The position numbers were made by a program, and so were the translations under genes. From Macrostomum lignano (Eukaryota), in the NCBI GenBank assembly GCA_002269645.1, contig NIVC01001343.1:62001-126000 (forward strand): DNA of 64,000 nt, in the 5' to 3' direction. Of the stretch, positions 51,901 to 63,325 are shown in pieces (the stretch's first letter is position 1; each line of letters opens with the position of its first letter). Below the pieces are notes generated by a model. The model was given only the letters and a program-made list of their open reading frames with translations, did not search any database and was not told the origin of the DNA.

Positions 51901-54900
51901 AGTGTCATAAACTGTGTCTAAAGTGTCCTAAAATATGTCTAAAGTGTCCTAAACTGTGTCTAAAGTGTCCTAAACTATGTCTGAAGTGTCCTAAACTGTG
52001 TCTAAAGTGTCCTAAACTGTGTCTAAAGTGTCCAAAACTGTGTCTAAAGTGTCCTAAATTATGTCAAAACTATGTCTAAACTATGTCTAAAGTGTCCTAA
52101 ACTGTGTCTAAAGTGTCCAAAACTATGTCTAAAGTGTCCTAAACTGTGTCTAAAGTGTCCTAAACTATGTCTGAAGTGTCCTAAACTGTGTCTAAAGTGT
52201 CCTAAACTGTGTCTAAAGTGTCCAAAACTGTGTCTAAAGTGTCCTAAATTATGTCAAAACTATGTCTAAACTATGTCTAAAGTGTCCTAAACTGTGTCTA
52301 AAGTGTCCAAAACTATGTCTAAAGTGTCCTAAACTGTGTCTAAAGTGTCCTAAACTGTGTCTAAAGTGTCCTAAACTGTGTCTAAAGTGTCTTAAACTAT
52401 GTCTAAAGTGTCCTAAACTGTGTCTAAAGTGTCCTAAACTATGTCTAAAGTGTCCTAAACTATGTCTAAAGTGTCCTTAACTATGTCTAAAGTGTCCTAA
52501 ACTGTGTCTAAAGTGTCCTAAACTGTGTCTAAAGTGTCCTAAACTGTGTCTAAAGTGTCCTAAACTGTTTCTAAAGTGTCTTAAATGCATGTAGTGTCTC
52601 GAATGTGTCTCAACCATACTAAGACCATAAAAAGGCTTACAATAATATAATATTTCCCACAAGACTCACTTCTCCAACGCAGTCTGAGGCAGCAGTTTAG
52701 CAGTATTAATCAGCCCGGCATCAGAGATGATCAGCGGGGCCAGAACAGTGTATTCACCATCTGACCTTTGCACTGTGACGCCAACCGCTCTACCAGTAGT
52801 TTCGTTGCACACAATAGACGACACTGGGGCTCGAACCAAGGCCCTACCGCCAGCTTTTTCAATGACTGGCACGGAGCAGAATGAAATTTCGCTAGGGCCG
52901 CCAATAGGGTAGAAGCCGCCCTGACGAAGGAAGTGATTCAATAGTAGCGCGTGCAGCACTACGGAGGTTTCACCTGGCGGTGTGCCGTAGTCGCCGAAAC
53001 AATAGGCCAATGTACTTTTCAGCGATTCGCTGGAGATGTGCTGGTCTAGGTATTGCTTCAGGCTGATGTGCAGGTAGCTGAGCAGGGGATAGGGGATTGT
53101 GGCCATAGCAGGTCATGTAAAAAGAAGACGAACTTTGTACACAGAAAACATATAGTCATAGAGAAGAGTCATAGGGATAGAAAGGCTCATACAGAGACTA
53201 TAGTCATAGAGTCATATCAGGTCATAGAGATAGAAAGGCTCATACAGAGACTAAAGTCACAAAGAGTCATATCAGGTCATAGGGATAGAATGGCTCATAC
53301 AGAGACTAAAGTCACAAAGAGTCATATCAGGTCATAGGGATAGAATGGCTCATACAGAGACTAAAGTCATACAGGTTATTGACAGGTCTGACAGGTTATT
53401 GGGAGAGAAAGGCTCATAAAGAGGCTATAGTCTCAAAGAGTAATATCAGGTCATAGGGATAGAATGGCTCATACAGAGGCTATAGTAATGGCTCGAAGCG
53501 CAAGTTATGACTTATGACAACAGCAATGCGGTCATACATAAAGAAACGCTCATACACTAAAAAAGGTCATATAATAGAGCTCATGCAGTACGTATCTCAG
53601 TACAAGCCAGGTAAACTACTAAAAGTAGCCTAATACTCACCGAAAATAGGCTGAAAACAAGCCGCATAAGCCAGACTTGATCAGCAGCCTAGCCAAAGGC
53701 AATGGCAACAATTTCAATCCCCAATAGAGCTTTGAGCCGCGTTTCAATCGATCTAGCAGACTGAAAAACGCCTCGATACCAGCTGCATCGTCTGGCCACT
53801 CCTGAGCCAGACGCTTGGCGAACTCTTTCCGATCGCCAGTCACCAGTACGCTGCGATTCTTGCCGCCGCCATCGACGCAGCCAACAATCACTCTGTCAAA
53901 GTCGACATCCAAAGGCTGCCACATCAGTTTACCATCGGTTAGCTGATCAGCTAGGCAGCGTACAAACGACCCGGGTCGCATCTCGCCAATATAATGTATA
54001 CCAACATCGAATTCGTAGCCTTTATCAACGAAAGTGTGACAACAGCCGCCAATAACGTCGTGCTGTTCCAATACTAGCACTCGTTTGCGAGCCCTAGCCA
54101 ATAGGGTGGCCGCGGTTAGACCGCCAATGCCGGAGCCAATCACAATGGCGTCTAGGCGCTCGGGTATGCGAGACCCCGTGAAGTTTTGGCGTAGGACAGA
54201 ATCGCGAGCGGACTGCACAGTTTGGAGGGGGATGGGGGTTCAATTGCTAAAAATAGATTAGATGTACACCCAATGCTATATGAGATAAAGCATATCAACG
54301 TTATCAGTCAGCCATAAAACGCCAGCGCAACACCTCGCCCAAGTCCTCTACCCCACTCTGCTATCAGTCAGCCATAAACCCCAGGCCCAGCGTAACACCC
54401 CGCCCAAGTCCTCTACCCCACTCTGCTATCAGTCAGCCATAAACCCCAGGCCCAGCGCAACACCTCGCCCAAGTCCTCTATCCCACTCTGCTATCAGTCA
54501 GCCATAAACCCCAGGCCCAGCGTAACACCCCGCACAAGTCCTCTACCCCACTCTGCTATCAGTCAGCCATAAACCCCAGGCCCAGCGTAACACCCCGCCC
54601 AAGTCCTCTATCCCACTCTGCTATCAGTCAGCCATAAACCCCAGGCCCAGCGTAACACCCCGCCCAAGTCCTCTACCCCACTCTGCTATCAGTCAGCCAT
54701 AAACCCCAGGCCCAGCGTAACACCCCGCCCAAGTCCTCTACCCCACTCTGCTATCAGTCAGCTACAAATAAGTTGAGACTTAATACAATTAAGTTTAAGG
54801 CATCTTCACAGTAATAGACGAACCTGATTGTTGATAACATCATCCGCGGTTCTCTCTGGTTTTTTAACCAGTAAACTAGGCAGTACAAACGGATTCCTAC

Positions 54901-55009
54901 CAGGCTTCTTGCCATAAATAGTAATGCTAATTACGTATAGAACAATATAAAGAGACAGGCCAATAACTCCAACAAGCCACATTGAAATCGAGATTCCAAA
55001 TAACGCCAT
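48969..55009 (-). CDS. RETSAT: All-trans-retinol 13,14-reductase (retinol saturase; phytoene desaturase-type FAD oxidoreductase), ~655 aa; exons 55009-54824, 54212-53641, 53077-52670, 50991-50493, 49271-48969
   Basis: N-terminal hydrophobic anchor, then PGRNPF, LDAIVIGSGIGGLTAA (dinucleotide-binding), VLEQHDVIGGCCHTF...EFDVGIHYIG, GGFYPIGGPSEI, SFPSLKDPSW, GTPLTNQHYINSPRGEIYGLDH and GQDVAICGFVGGMMGG. Splice phases 0, 2, 2, 0 are all compatible. Confidence 0.93.
49352..50378. repeat. ~21-bp minisatellite GGATCTGGTAGCTTAATCTGG / GGGAGGCTGGTAGTTTAATCT (RETSAT intron 4)
   Basis: About 45 imperfect copies. Confidence 0.92.
51095..51270. repeat. Inverted copy of the intron-4 repeat (CTCCCAGATTAAGCTACC) in RETSAT intron 3
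   Basis: About 7 copies, reverse-complementary to GGTAGCTTAATCTGGGA. Confidence 0.8.
51295..52582. repeat. 21-bp minisatellite AAACTGTGTCTAAAGTGTCCT (RETSAT intron 3)
   Basis: About 60 copies; source of the spurious CPKLCLK ORFs. Confidence 0.96.
53150..53470. repeat. 55-bp minisatellite (TCATAGGGATAGAATGGCTCATACAGAGAC...) (RETSAT intron 2)
   Basis: 5-6 imperfect copies. Confidence 0.85.
54300..54762. repeat. 65-bp minisatellite (GCTATCAGTCAGCCATAAACCCCAGGCCCAGCG...) (RETSAT intron 1)
   Basis: Period 65 (54360, 54425, 54490); about 7 copies. Confidence 0.93.
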
Positions 55010-55834
55010 TTTGCTTTAATCTGTAAATGAAATAAACAAAATATGTTGATAGTGTTGTTATTTCACTGAGCTTTCTAGATGATAGTAAATATTGGTGCTG
55101 ACTAGTTATAAATATAGACTAAAGCTACTACTAAATATAAAATCACAAGTAGTCTAATAGAAAAAACTGGAAAAACAAAGTCTTAAGGACACTTGTGTTG
55201 CAAAAACATCGAATTAAGGACGGATTAAGGTTTTTAGATTATTTAGCTCGTATTTATTAATCTGACAAAAAAGGAATCAATAATAAAAATCATTTTAAAA
55301 TAACACATTTCAATTCAATTAGGAATAATCAATATAGTCGCAATAATAGCTGAATTGCAAATGTTGAAATAACACAGACAGATACAAAAATCACACATCT
55401 TGAAATCAAAATAACTTTGAAAAGTAAGGCATAAACAATAACAACACACGGATTATTTAATCAGGTGCAGTTACAAGATAATTGCTTGCGAAATAAGAAT
55501 ACTTATTAGCACAGCTATCAGAAAATTGTTGGAAAAACATCTAGCTAGTATTATGGAAATTTTTCTCTCATCTTTTCCTCTATCTATAAATAGACCAAAA
55601 AAGCAGACTCTGGGAAAATATACATGGCTGTCTAGATAACACAAATATGTAAAAACTATAAACTAATAACTATTCGAAAAACAGGCAAGGTCGGGTAAAT
55701 AGGGAAGCTACAGGTTGTATAAAAATAGTTCTAAAAAAACTGCCTTATTAAAGCAACGACAGAGGAAGACAAGGATAAACATTTATAACCCTTCACCATT
55801 TCTAGTAGGCGTGCACATGCCCAGCTTCCTCAAA

Positions 55835-56185
55835 TCCTTCAGAGACGGCGCCACAACTCCCCTCAGATCCTTCAGAGACGGCGCCACAACTCCCCTCAGA
55901 TCCTTCAGAGACGGCGCCACAACCCCCTAAGATCCTTCAGACGGCGCCACAACTCCCCTCAGATCCTTCAGAGACGGCGCCACAACCTCCTCAGATCCTT
56001 CAGAGACGGCGCCACAACCCCCTAAGATCCTTCAGACAGCGCCACAACCACCCCTCAGATCCTTCAGAGACGGCGCCACAACTCCCCTCAGATCCTTCAG
56101 ACGGCGCCACAACTCCCCTCAGATCCTTCAGACGGCGCCACAACCCCCCCCCCTCAGATCCTTCAGAGACGGCGCCACAACCCCT
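55835..56185. repeat. 33-bp minisatellite CAGATCCTTCAGAGACGGCGCCACAACTCCCCT
   Basis: About 10 copies between SMKR1-like and RETSAT. Confidence 0.92.
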
Positions 56186-56492
56186 AAGTCAGAAGTCTTT
56201 ATAAAAGCATCAAAGCTGTTTTACAAAAAGTACAAAACAGCGCAGATTTTAGAAGTTAAACACACTACTACGCTACTGAAAGCTACATACGAAAAAGTAC
56301 ATGTTGTACAAAAAATAAATTTACATCACAGCAGATAAAAAGGTTCTAAAAATTGAGCACTCGTTAAAATACTACAGTGTACAGGCAGTGGAAAATCTAG
56401 CGTGCCTACTAAAAGTAGTGTAAAAAAGTCACGAGTTGAATTCGAATTTAAAAATTCTGTCACTAAAATCTCACATTTTAAGTGCAAACTTT

Positions 56493-56768
56493 TCACTTCT
56501 TCTTTTTCTTTCCTTTTTTGCCTTTCTTGCCTTTCTTCTTTGAAGTGCTCGGTCTGCTAGCAAAGCCGCGCAATTCCAAAGCATCAACGACTCCGTGAGC
56601 AATCATGTAGATGTTCTCCATTGCTGCTGGGGACATAATGTCCACTACAGGCTTCTCAGCTTTAGCGGCCGCAGCCGATTTGCCACGCTTTTTGCCAGAC
56701 TTTTTGCCAGATTTTTTGCCAGACTTTTTGCCGCCAAGGCGGCCGCCAGCGGATTTGGCTTTGCGCGG
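56493..56768 (-). CDS. SMKR1: Small lysine-rich protein 1-like (91 codons + stop; no start codon in this exon)
   Basis: Hand translation: [91 protein letters not shown]. The core VDI.SPAAM.N.Y.IAH.V.D.L.LRGF is the SMKR1 motif as I recall it. Preceded by the acceptor ...CCCACCCCACAG|. Missed by the ORF track because it has no upstream start codon. Confidence 0.85.
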   Translation of the reverse strand, partial: PRKAKSAGGRLGGKKSGKKSGKKSGKKRGKSAAAAKAEKPVVDIMSPAAMENIYMIAHGVVDALELRGFASRPSTSKKKGKKGKKGKKKKK

Positions 56769-56837
56769 CTGTGGGGTGGGCGTTGAAAATGGGATAAGGA
56801 AATCGATATGCTGGTTTAAAGGTGATCGCTAATCTAC

Positions 56838-58525
56838 AGATGCTTAATCTCCACTAATCCATTGAAGCCTAATCTCCACTAATCCACTGATGCTTAATCT
56901 CCACAAATCCACTGATGCTTAATCTCCACTAATCCACTGAAGTCTAATCTCCACTAATCCACTGAAGCCTAATCTCCACTAATCCACTGATGCTTAATCT
57001 CCACTAATCCACAGATGCTTAATCTCCACTAATCCACTGAAGCCTAATCTCCACTAATCCACAGATGCTTAATCTCCACTAATCCACTGAAGCCTAATCT
57101 CCACTAATCCACTGAAGCCTAATCTCCACTAATCCACAGATGCTTAATCTCCACTAATCCACTGAAGCCTAATCTCCACTAATCCACTGAAGCCTAATCT
57201 CCACTAATCCACTGAAGCCTAATCTCCACTAATCCACAGATGCTTAATCTCCACTAATCCACTGAAGCCTAATCTCCACTAATCCACAGATGCTTAATCT
57301 CCACTAATCAACTAATACTTAATCAGCACCAATTCACTGATGCTTAATCTGCACTAATCCACAGATGCTTAATCTGCACTAATCCACTGGTGCTTAATCT
57401 CCACTAATCAGCTGATGCTTAATTAGCACCAATTCACTGATGCTTAATCTACACTTATCCACAGATGCTTAATCTCCACTAATCAACTGATGCTTAATTA
57501 GCACCAATTCACTGATGCTTAATCTGCACTTATCCACAGATGCTTAATCTGCACCAATCCACAGATGCTTAATCTGCACTAATCCACTGGTGCTTAATCT
57601 GCACTAATCAACTGATGCTTAATTAGCACCAATTCACTGATGCTTAATCTCAACCAATCCACAGATGCTTAATCTCCACTAATCCACTGATGCTTAATCT
57701 GCACTAATCCACAGATGCTTAATCTGCACTAATCCACAGATGCTTAATCTGCACCAATCCACAGATGCTTAATCTCCACTAATCAACTGATGCTTAATCT
57801 GCACTAATCCACAGATGCTTAATCTGCACTAATCCACAGATGCTTAATCTGCACCAATCCACAGATGCTTAATCTGCACTAATCCACTGGTGCTTAATCT
57901 GCACTAATCAACTGATGCTTAATTAGCACCAATTCACTGATGCTTAATCTGCACTAATCCACAGATGCTTAATCTGCACTAATCCACTGGTGCTTAATCT
58001 CCACTAATCAGCTGATGCTTAATTAGCACCAATTCACTGATGCTTAATCTACACTTATCCACAGATGCTTAATCTCCACTAATCAACTGATGCTTAATTA
58101 GCACCAATTCACTGATGCTTAATCTGCACTTATCCACAGATGCTTAATCTGCACCAATCCACAGATGCTTAATCTGCACTAATCCACTGGTGCTTAATCT
58201 GCACTAATCAACTGATGCTTAATTAGCACCAATTCACTGATGCTTAATCTGCACTAATCCACAGATGCTTAATCTGCACTAATCCACTGGTGCTTAATCT
58301 CCACTAATCAGCTGATGCATAATCTACACTAATTCATGGATTCTTATTCTGCACTAACTCATGGATGCTTAATCTCAACTAATCCACTGAAGCCTAATCT
58401 CCACCAATCCACAGATGCTTAATCTGCACTTATCCACAGATGCTTAATCTCCACTAATCAACTGATGCTTAATTAGCACCAATTCACTGATGCTTAATCT
58501 GCACCAAACCACAGATGCTTAATCT
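56838..58525. repeat. 25-bp minisatellite TGATGCTTAATCTCCACTAATCCAC
   Basis: About 67 copies immediately upstream of the SMKR1-like acceptor; the left and right halves use different variant sets. Confidence 0.96.
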
Positions 58526-59308
58526 AGAGTATATAAATCCATCAATGCTAAATTTACAATACTCTAGATGTTCAAGATCCTAGCAATATACAAGAACTTT
58601 GGTATTTTATATCAGGTTTAATGTATTCTAATACAAACTTTAGAAAAAAAGTGGCATAAAAATTTGGCAAAATTTTATTTTTTCAATGCTTTATTCACTG
58701 GTACAACCTTAATTGCTACCATATTCTTAGTCTACAATTTAATTGAACAATATCTCTAACAATATTGCTCACTTTTACAAATATAACCAATGAGCAACAA
58801 TAGATTCAAAGCTATTAATCTTTTTTGACATTAAAAAACAATATTTTGATCCTAATATTGAATAAAGAAATATTTTTTTCAAATAATTATAGATGAAAAA
58901 TGGGTTATAAACTAAGTAATAGAAATTGGAACCCTAAATAATAATATAGGCCTATTCTAGGCCATTATATATATAAAGTATCCACATATAATAGGAATTC
59001 AGTAAACATAGTAGAAACATATAGTTTTATAATAAATTCAATACTATAAAAGCCACAACTGGGGTAAAATCAGGGTTCAACAATAAAAAATTACTATAAT
59101 ATATACTATAATGTATTTTAGAACTAGAAAAAAGGTTAAAAACAGGGTATAACAACTTAGATTAAGTCATTTTAATAAATTTTGTTGAATTAAAAATTAA
59201 ATACAAAAGAGTATTTCGATGTCTTGCAAATGTAATAGGCCTTAATTTTTACTATGAAGTTTCTTAGAAAATTGTATTTTTAAATACTATTGTTATATTA
59301 TGCAAATA

Positions 59309-60048
59309 TAGTGATGGATGAAAATTATTTTTCAAATCGAAATCGAAATCAAAATTTTTGGGTCCTTAGAATCAAAATTGAAATTGAAATTGAAATCAAA
59401 ATCAAAATTTTTGAGCTTAACAAATTTTTACTTTTTCGCTAATCATGCAAAAAGGTTAACACCTTGTCTCTGCATGTATGAGCTTACATGTTTTATAAAA
59501 AGTATCTTTGATATGTTTAAACCAGAATACTTACGATTTAACTTACTTTAAAAATATGAAATAGAAAATGCTGGTATATTATGTATTATACACTTGTACA
59601 TAGAAATATAGTAGAAGTTGTATTATACTTCACCAGTGTTTAAGCTGAAGATCTAGATATGAGTAGCCTATATCCATTTGATTAAGGCTTTAGGTCTTTA
59701 GCCAATTAAAATCCATGCCGATGAGTTTAGCCAGTGGGCTTGTAGAGGTTGAGGTGGGTGCAGCACAAGGCCTGGAACAGTGTGTGCCCCACACAATCTT
59801 CTTGTAGAAAAGGCGATTTTCACCTCCCCACTGAGTCTTAGAACCACACTTCCTTTCACTTCCTATAGATTTTCTTTCTCGTATAGCATGATCATCAATG
59901 TCTAAATTGTTAAAATGTAACCAAAATTTCAAAATGATTTTTGATGAATGGTGTTGAAATTCGAAATTGAAATCTAAATTATTTTGATGCAAAATTAGTT
60001 TTGAAATTTGGAATATCAAAATCAAAATCGAATTTTGATCCATCACTA
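59309..60048. mobile_element. Non-autonomous hAT-type element (740 bp)
   Basis: TIR TAGTGATGGAT(G/C)AAAATT at both ends, subterminal AAATCG/AAATCA repeats and a perfect 8-bp TSD TGCAAATA (59301-59308 and 60049-60056). Confidence 0.85.
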
Positions 60049-62591
60049 TGCAAATATAAAAATATTTCTTATATTTAATATATTCTGTACATTATGCATA
60101 CCATTGTTTATTTTAAATAGTAGGAAAAATTATACTATAAGAGGCCAATTAAAGTTCAAGAATAATAAACTCATTTCCTTTCCTTGTTTTATTCAGCTTT
60201 TTAAAGCTTTTCACTTTGTGTCCTCCAGTCACTCTATTTAAAATCAAAAGTCAATCAGCCTCAAAGCTTGTATTTGCTCTTGTACTACTTATTTTGAGTA
60301 GTAGATAGTGCCTTAAAAGTAGCTCCAAGACTAGGAGAATTTAATCCATTTTAAGAGAATGAGAACTATAGATTTAGAATCTAGAAAATTGCCTTGAAAG
60401 GCTGACTACCTACTAGAGGGTAGAATGGTCCAGATAAGTCCAGTCTAAGAAACCCACCTCAATGCAGAATATCCTATAAATAAGCCGTGATCCTCTGATC
60501 CTGAGAACGCCCAGGACTAAGAAAAATCCCTTTAGAAGAGTAGACTAAAGACTAGAGGTAAGGGATATATTGCCATTAGACCACTTAGGCTAAAAGTACA
60601 TATGCTATCAGTAAAAGTACATTCATGCACTACTAGTAAAATATATATATGAAATCAATAAAGGTATACAAAAGACTAATAAAAGGAGAAAGCTGAGAAA
60701 CCCTTATTAGAACATTGGTTGCAGCAGTAAGATATTTATAGTAAGAACCATAACACTTGTAACAACTTAGTAACAGCTGTGGAATTATTTTAGAAGGTAG
60801 AAATAACCCATTTATCACAAATTCATTAAAATAATTTTAAAAGTAAAAGTTTAAAAGTTTAATTTTAATTATACTTTAATTATACATTTATATAGATAAC
60901 TACATATTAATATCTAAAAATAAGATTAAAAAGATTCAGGCACAGATCTAGAAAATTTTGAAGAGGGCATAAGTTACTAAATAGCTCTGCTTTGATTATT
61001 TAATCTTATAAATATAAGATACATTTACTTTAAAAAAACAGACCTATGATTAGGAAAATATAGGGTATTGTTTCCCATATAAGAAGATGAAAAAATCAAA
61101 CTCAAGTGGGTACATATTTGCTGCACCCTTTCTAAAGTCTACAAGTCTAAAGTCTAAAATCTACTGATAGATTTTAATAGTAAAATAATATATTTTAGCA
61201 GCTAAAACAAAAGAAAAAGATGTTTTCATTATATTAGAATTTGTTAGCATTAGAATTGAATTAGAACATATTAATGTTTATCAAAAACATTATATTAGTA
61301 ACATTTATTAGATTTTTCAAAAAATTTGCAAGTGATTTGCAAGAAAAAAATCATTTGCAAACAAAAAAACACAAATAATCTGGGATCTAGTGATAGTCAA
61401 ATTGGCAAAAGATGATCTGGCAATAGATTTTAATTGTAGATTTTATTGATTTCAGATCCAAAAAAACTTAACATGAATATAGTTGTTATTTAATTTTATA
61501 TATACTGGTAGCATTATAAAGAATTCTATTTAAGATAGCCAGTATCTTCTTTAATAACATTTCTGTATACTATATAGTCAGGATCATGGCATATTTACAC
61601 TAGAACAAATCCTATAAAAAGTTTGATTATGCTATGTGCCAAAACTATTCCTATCAAAAAACTTTGCTTGTGCCATGTATTATAAATTTTTGAAAATGCA
61701 AAAATCAGTAATTTTCCATTTGAAAAATACAGTTAAAACTTATATTTGAATCTATTTCATAGAAAATACAATGTTAACATAAATTAATTTAAAAAGCTAT
61801 CAACAAAGTGCTAATAAAAAGAAATTACTTGCTAAGTTTCTATCAGAGAAAATATTGTCTTATTGGAAGTTTTTGTCTTCCACCATACTGCGCCAGAATT
61901 TTTATCTTGCCTGCTATTATGCTAGTGCAGCGCATGTCTAACCCCCTTTTGCATTGCACTAGAATTTTCTATAAAAGGCCATCTCCCTAATTATAGTTGC
62001 ACTTTTGACATAATTTTAGGTGTCACAGCAAACATTTTAATAATAATAATATTAATTTAATAATAATAATGTTTTAGATAGGCCTAAGAAAACTAGAAAG
62101 TGGCTTTTATTAGCTATGATCTATATGAGAGTAATTGAAATCTAGCCTCTGGGACTAGGCCTAATGTCTAATGCCATTGGGATTATGGATCTAATTTTTT
62201 CTATTAGGAGGCCTATAATACCTAGATATTGCTTATAATATTTAAATATATTATAAGACTACACTGAGACTTTCACAGTTCTAAAAGCAGTGTCATTGTC
62301 ATAAGTCTAAAAAGAAATCATCAAAACAAGGAAAAAACAGGCCTAGATGGTAAAATTCGTCAGCTGAAGGGCTACGCCCATTTGGCATTGCTATCCCTCT
62401 CTTTTGGATGGGCATTGGCACAGGTTACACTAAATTTATCAACATCTATAAAATTTTGTTATTTCATTAAGCTTTCTAGATGATAGTAAATGTTGGTGCT
62501 GACTAGTTAAAATATAGACTAAAGCTACTATTAAATATAAGATCACAAGTAATCTAATAGAAAAAACTGGAAAAACAAAGTAGCTAAGCAA

Positions 62592-62815
62592 TATCTAGCC
62601 AGACAATATCTAGCCAGACAATGTCCAGCCAGACAATGTCTAGCCAGATGATATCTAGCCAGACAGAATCTAGCCAGACGATGTCCAGCTAGATGAACAA
62701 AGCTGGATGTCCAGATGATGTCCAGCCAGACGGTGAACCAGATTATTTCTAGCCAGACGATGTCCAGCTAGACGGTGAACCAGATTATCTCCAGCTAGAG
62801 GATATCTAGCCAGAT
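62592..62815. repeat. ~20-bp degenerate repeat ATCTAGCCAGAC.ATG
   Basis: About 10 imperfect copies. Confidence 0.75.
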
Positions 62816-62939
62816 GGTGTTCAGCATGAGATAGAACTTGAAGTGATTGAAGTGTAGGTTTAATATTATGAATTTAAGGGTTTTTTAAAGGCTATTGAAT
62901 ATTTAAATGCTATTGCAGCATTTGGCTATTTAATGCAGC

Positions 62940-63325
62940 AGATGCAGGACCTATGGGTGTGCAAGGTATATGAATATGCAAAAGCCACTTGGCTGGACCA
63001 CTCAATTTGGTGTTGATGACATTCACAAGCGGAGCACGTGAAGAAACAATGAGGTTGAAGGCTGGCACTGTCATTTGAAGACCCGCGCCTACGGCCTACA
63101 GAGGCCAGTTACAGCTGTACGTGCTATTTGAACTGCTCCACAAAGAGGCTCTGTTGGCAGACGTACAGGCCCAGCTTGTTCTGCAGGGCAAAAATGGCCA
63201 AGGAGTGAAGCGTGCTAAATATCATCAAATTATAGGCGATTGATTGAAATCACTGTACCACAGGTATGACGATTAGGAGCTGACACCTGTGGAGCTTCTC
63301 TGAAGGTGCAGCATGCTGCATTGAA
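62940..63325 (+). pseudogene. Decayed MULE-type transposase C-terminal fragment
   Basis: Across stops and frameshifts it reads YEYAKATWLDHSIW...RNNEVEGWHCHLK...LYVLFELLHKEALLADVQAQLV...KYHQI...LTPVELL*RCSML, matching the RTNN.VEGWH motif of MULE-like transposases. Confidence 0.55.

Noticed and set aside
59690-60046. 118-aa ORF inside the hAT element as a transposase
   Set aside because: No recognisable DDE or dimerisation motif, and it is largely made of subterminal repeats.
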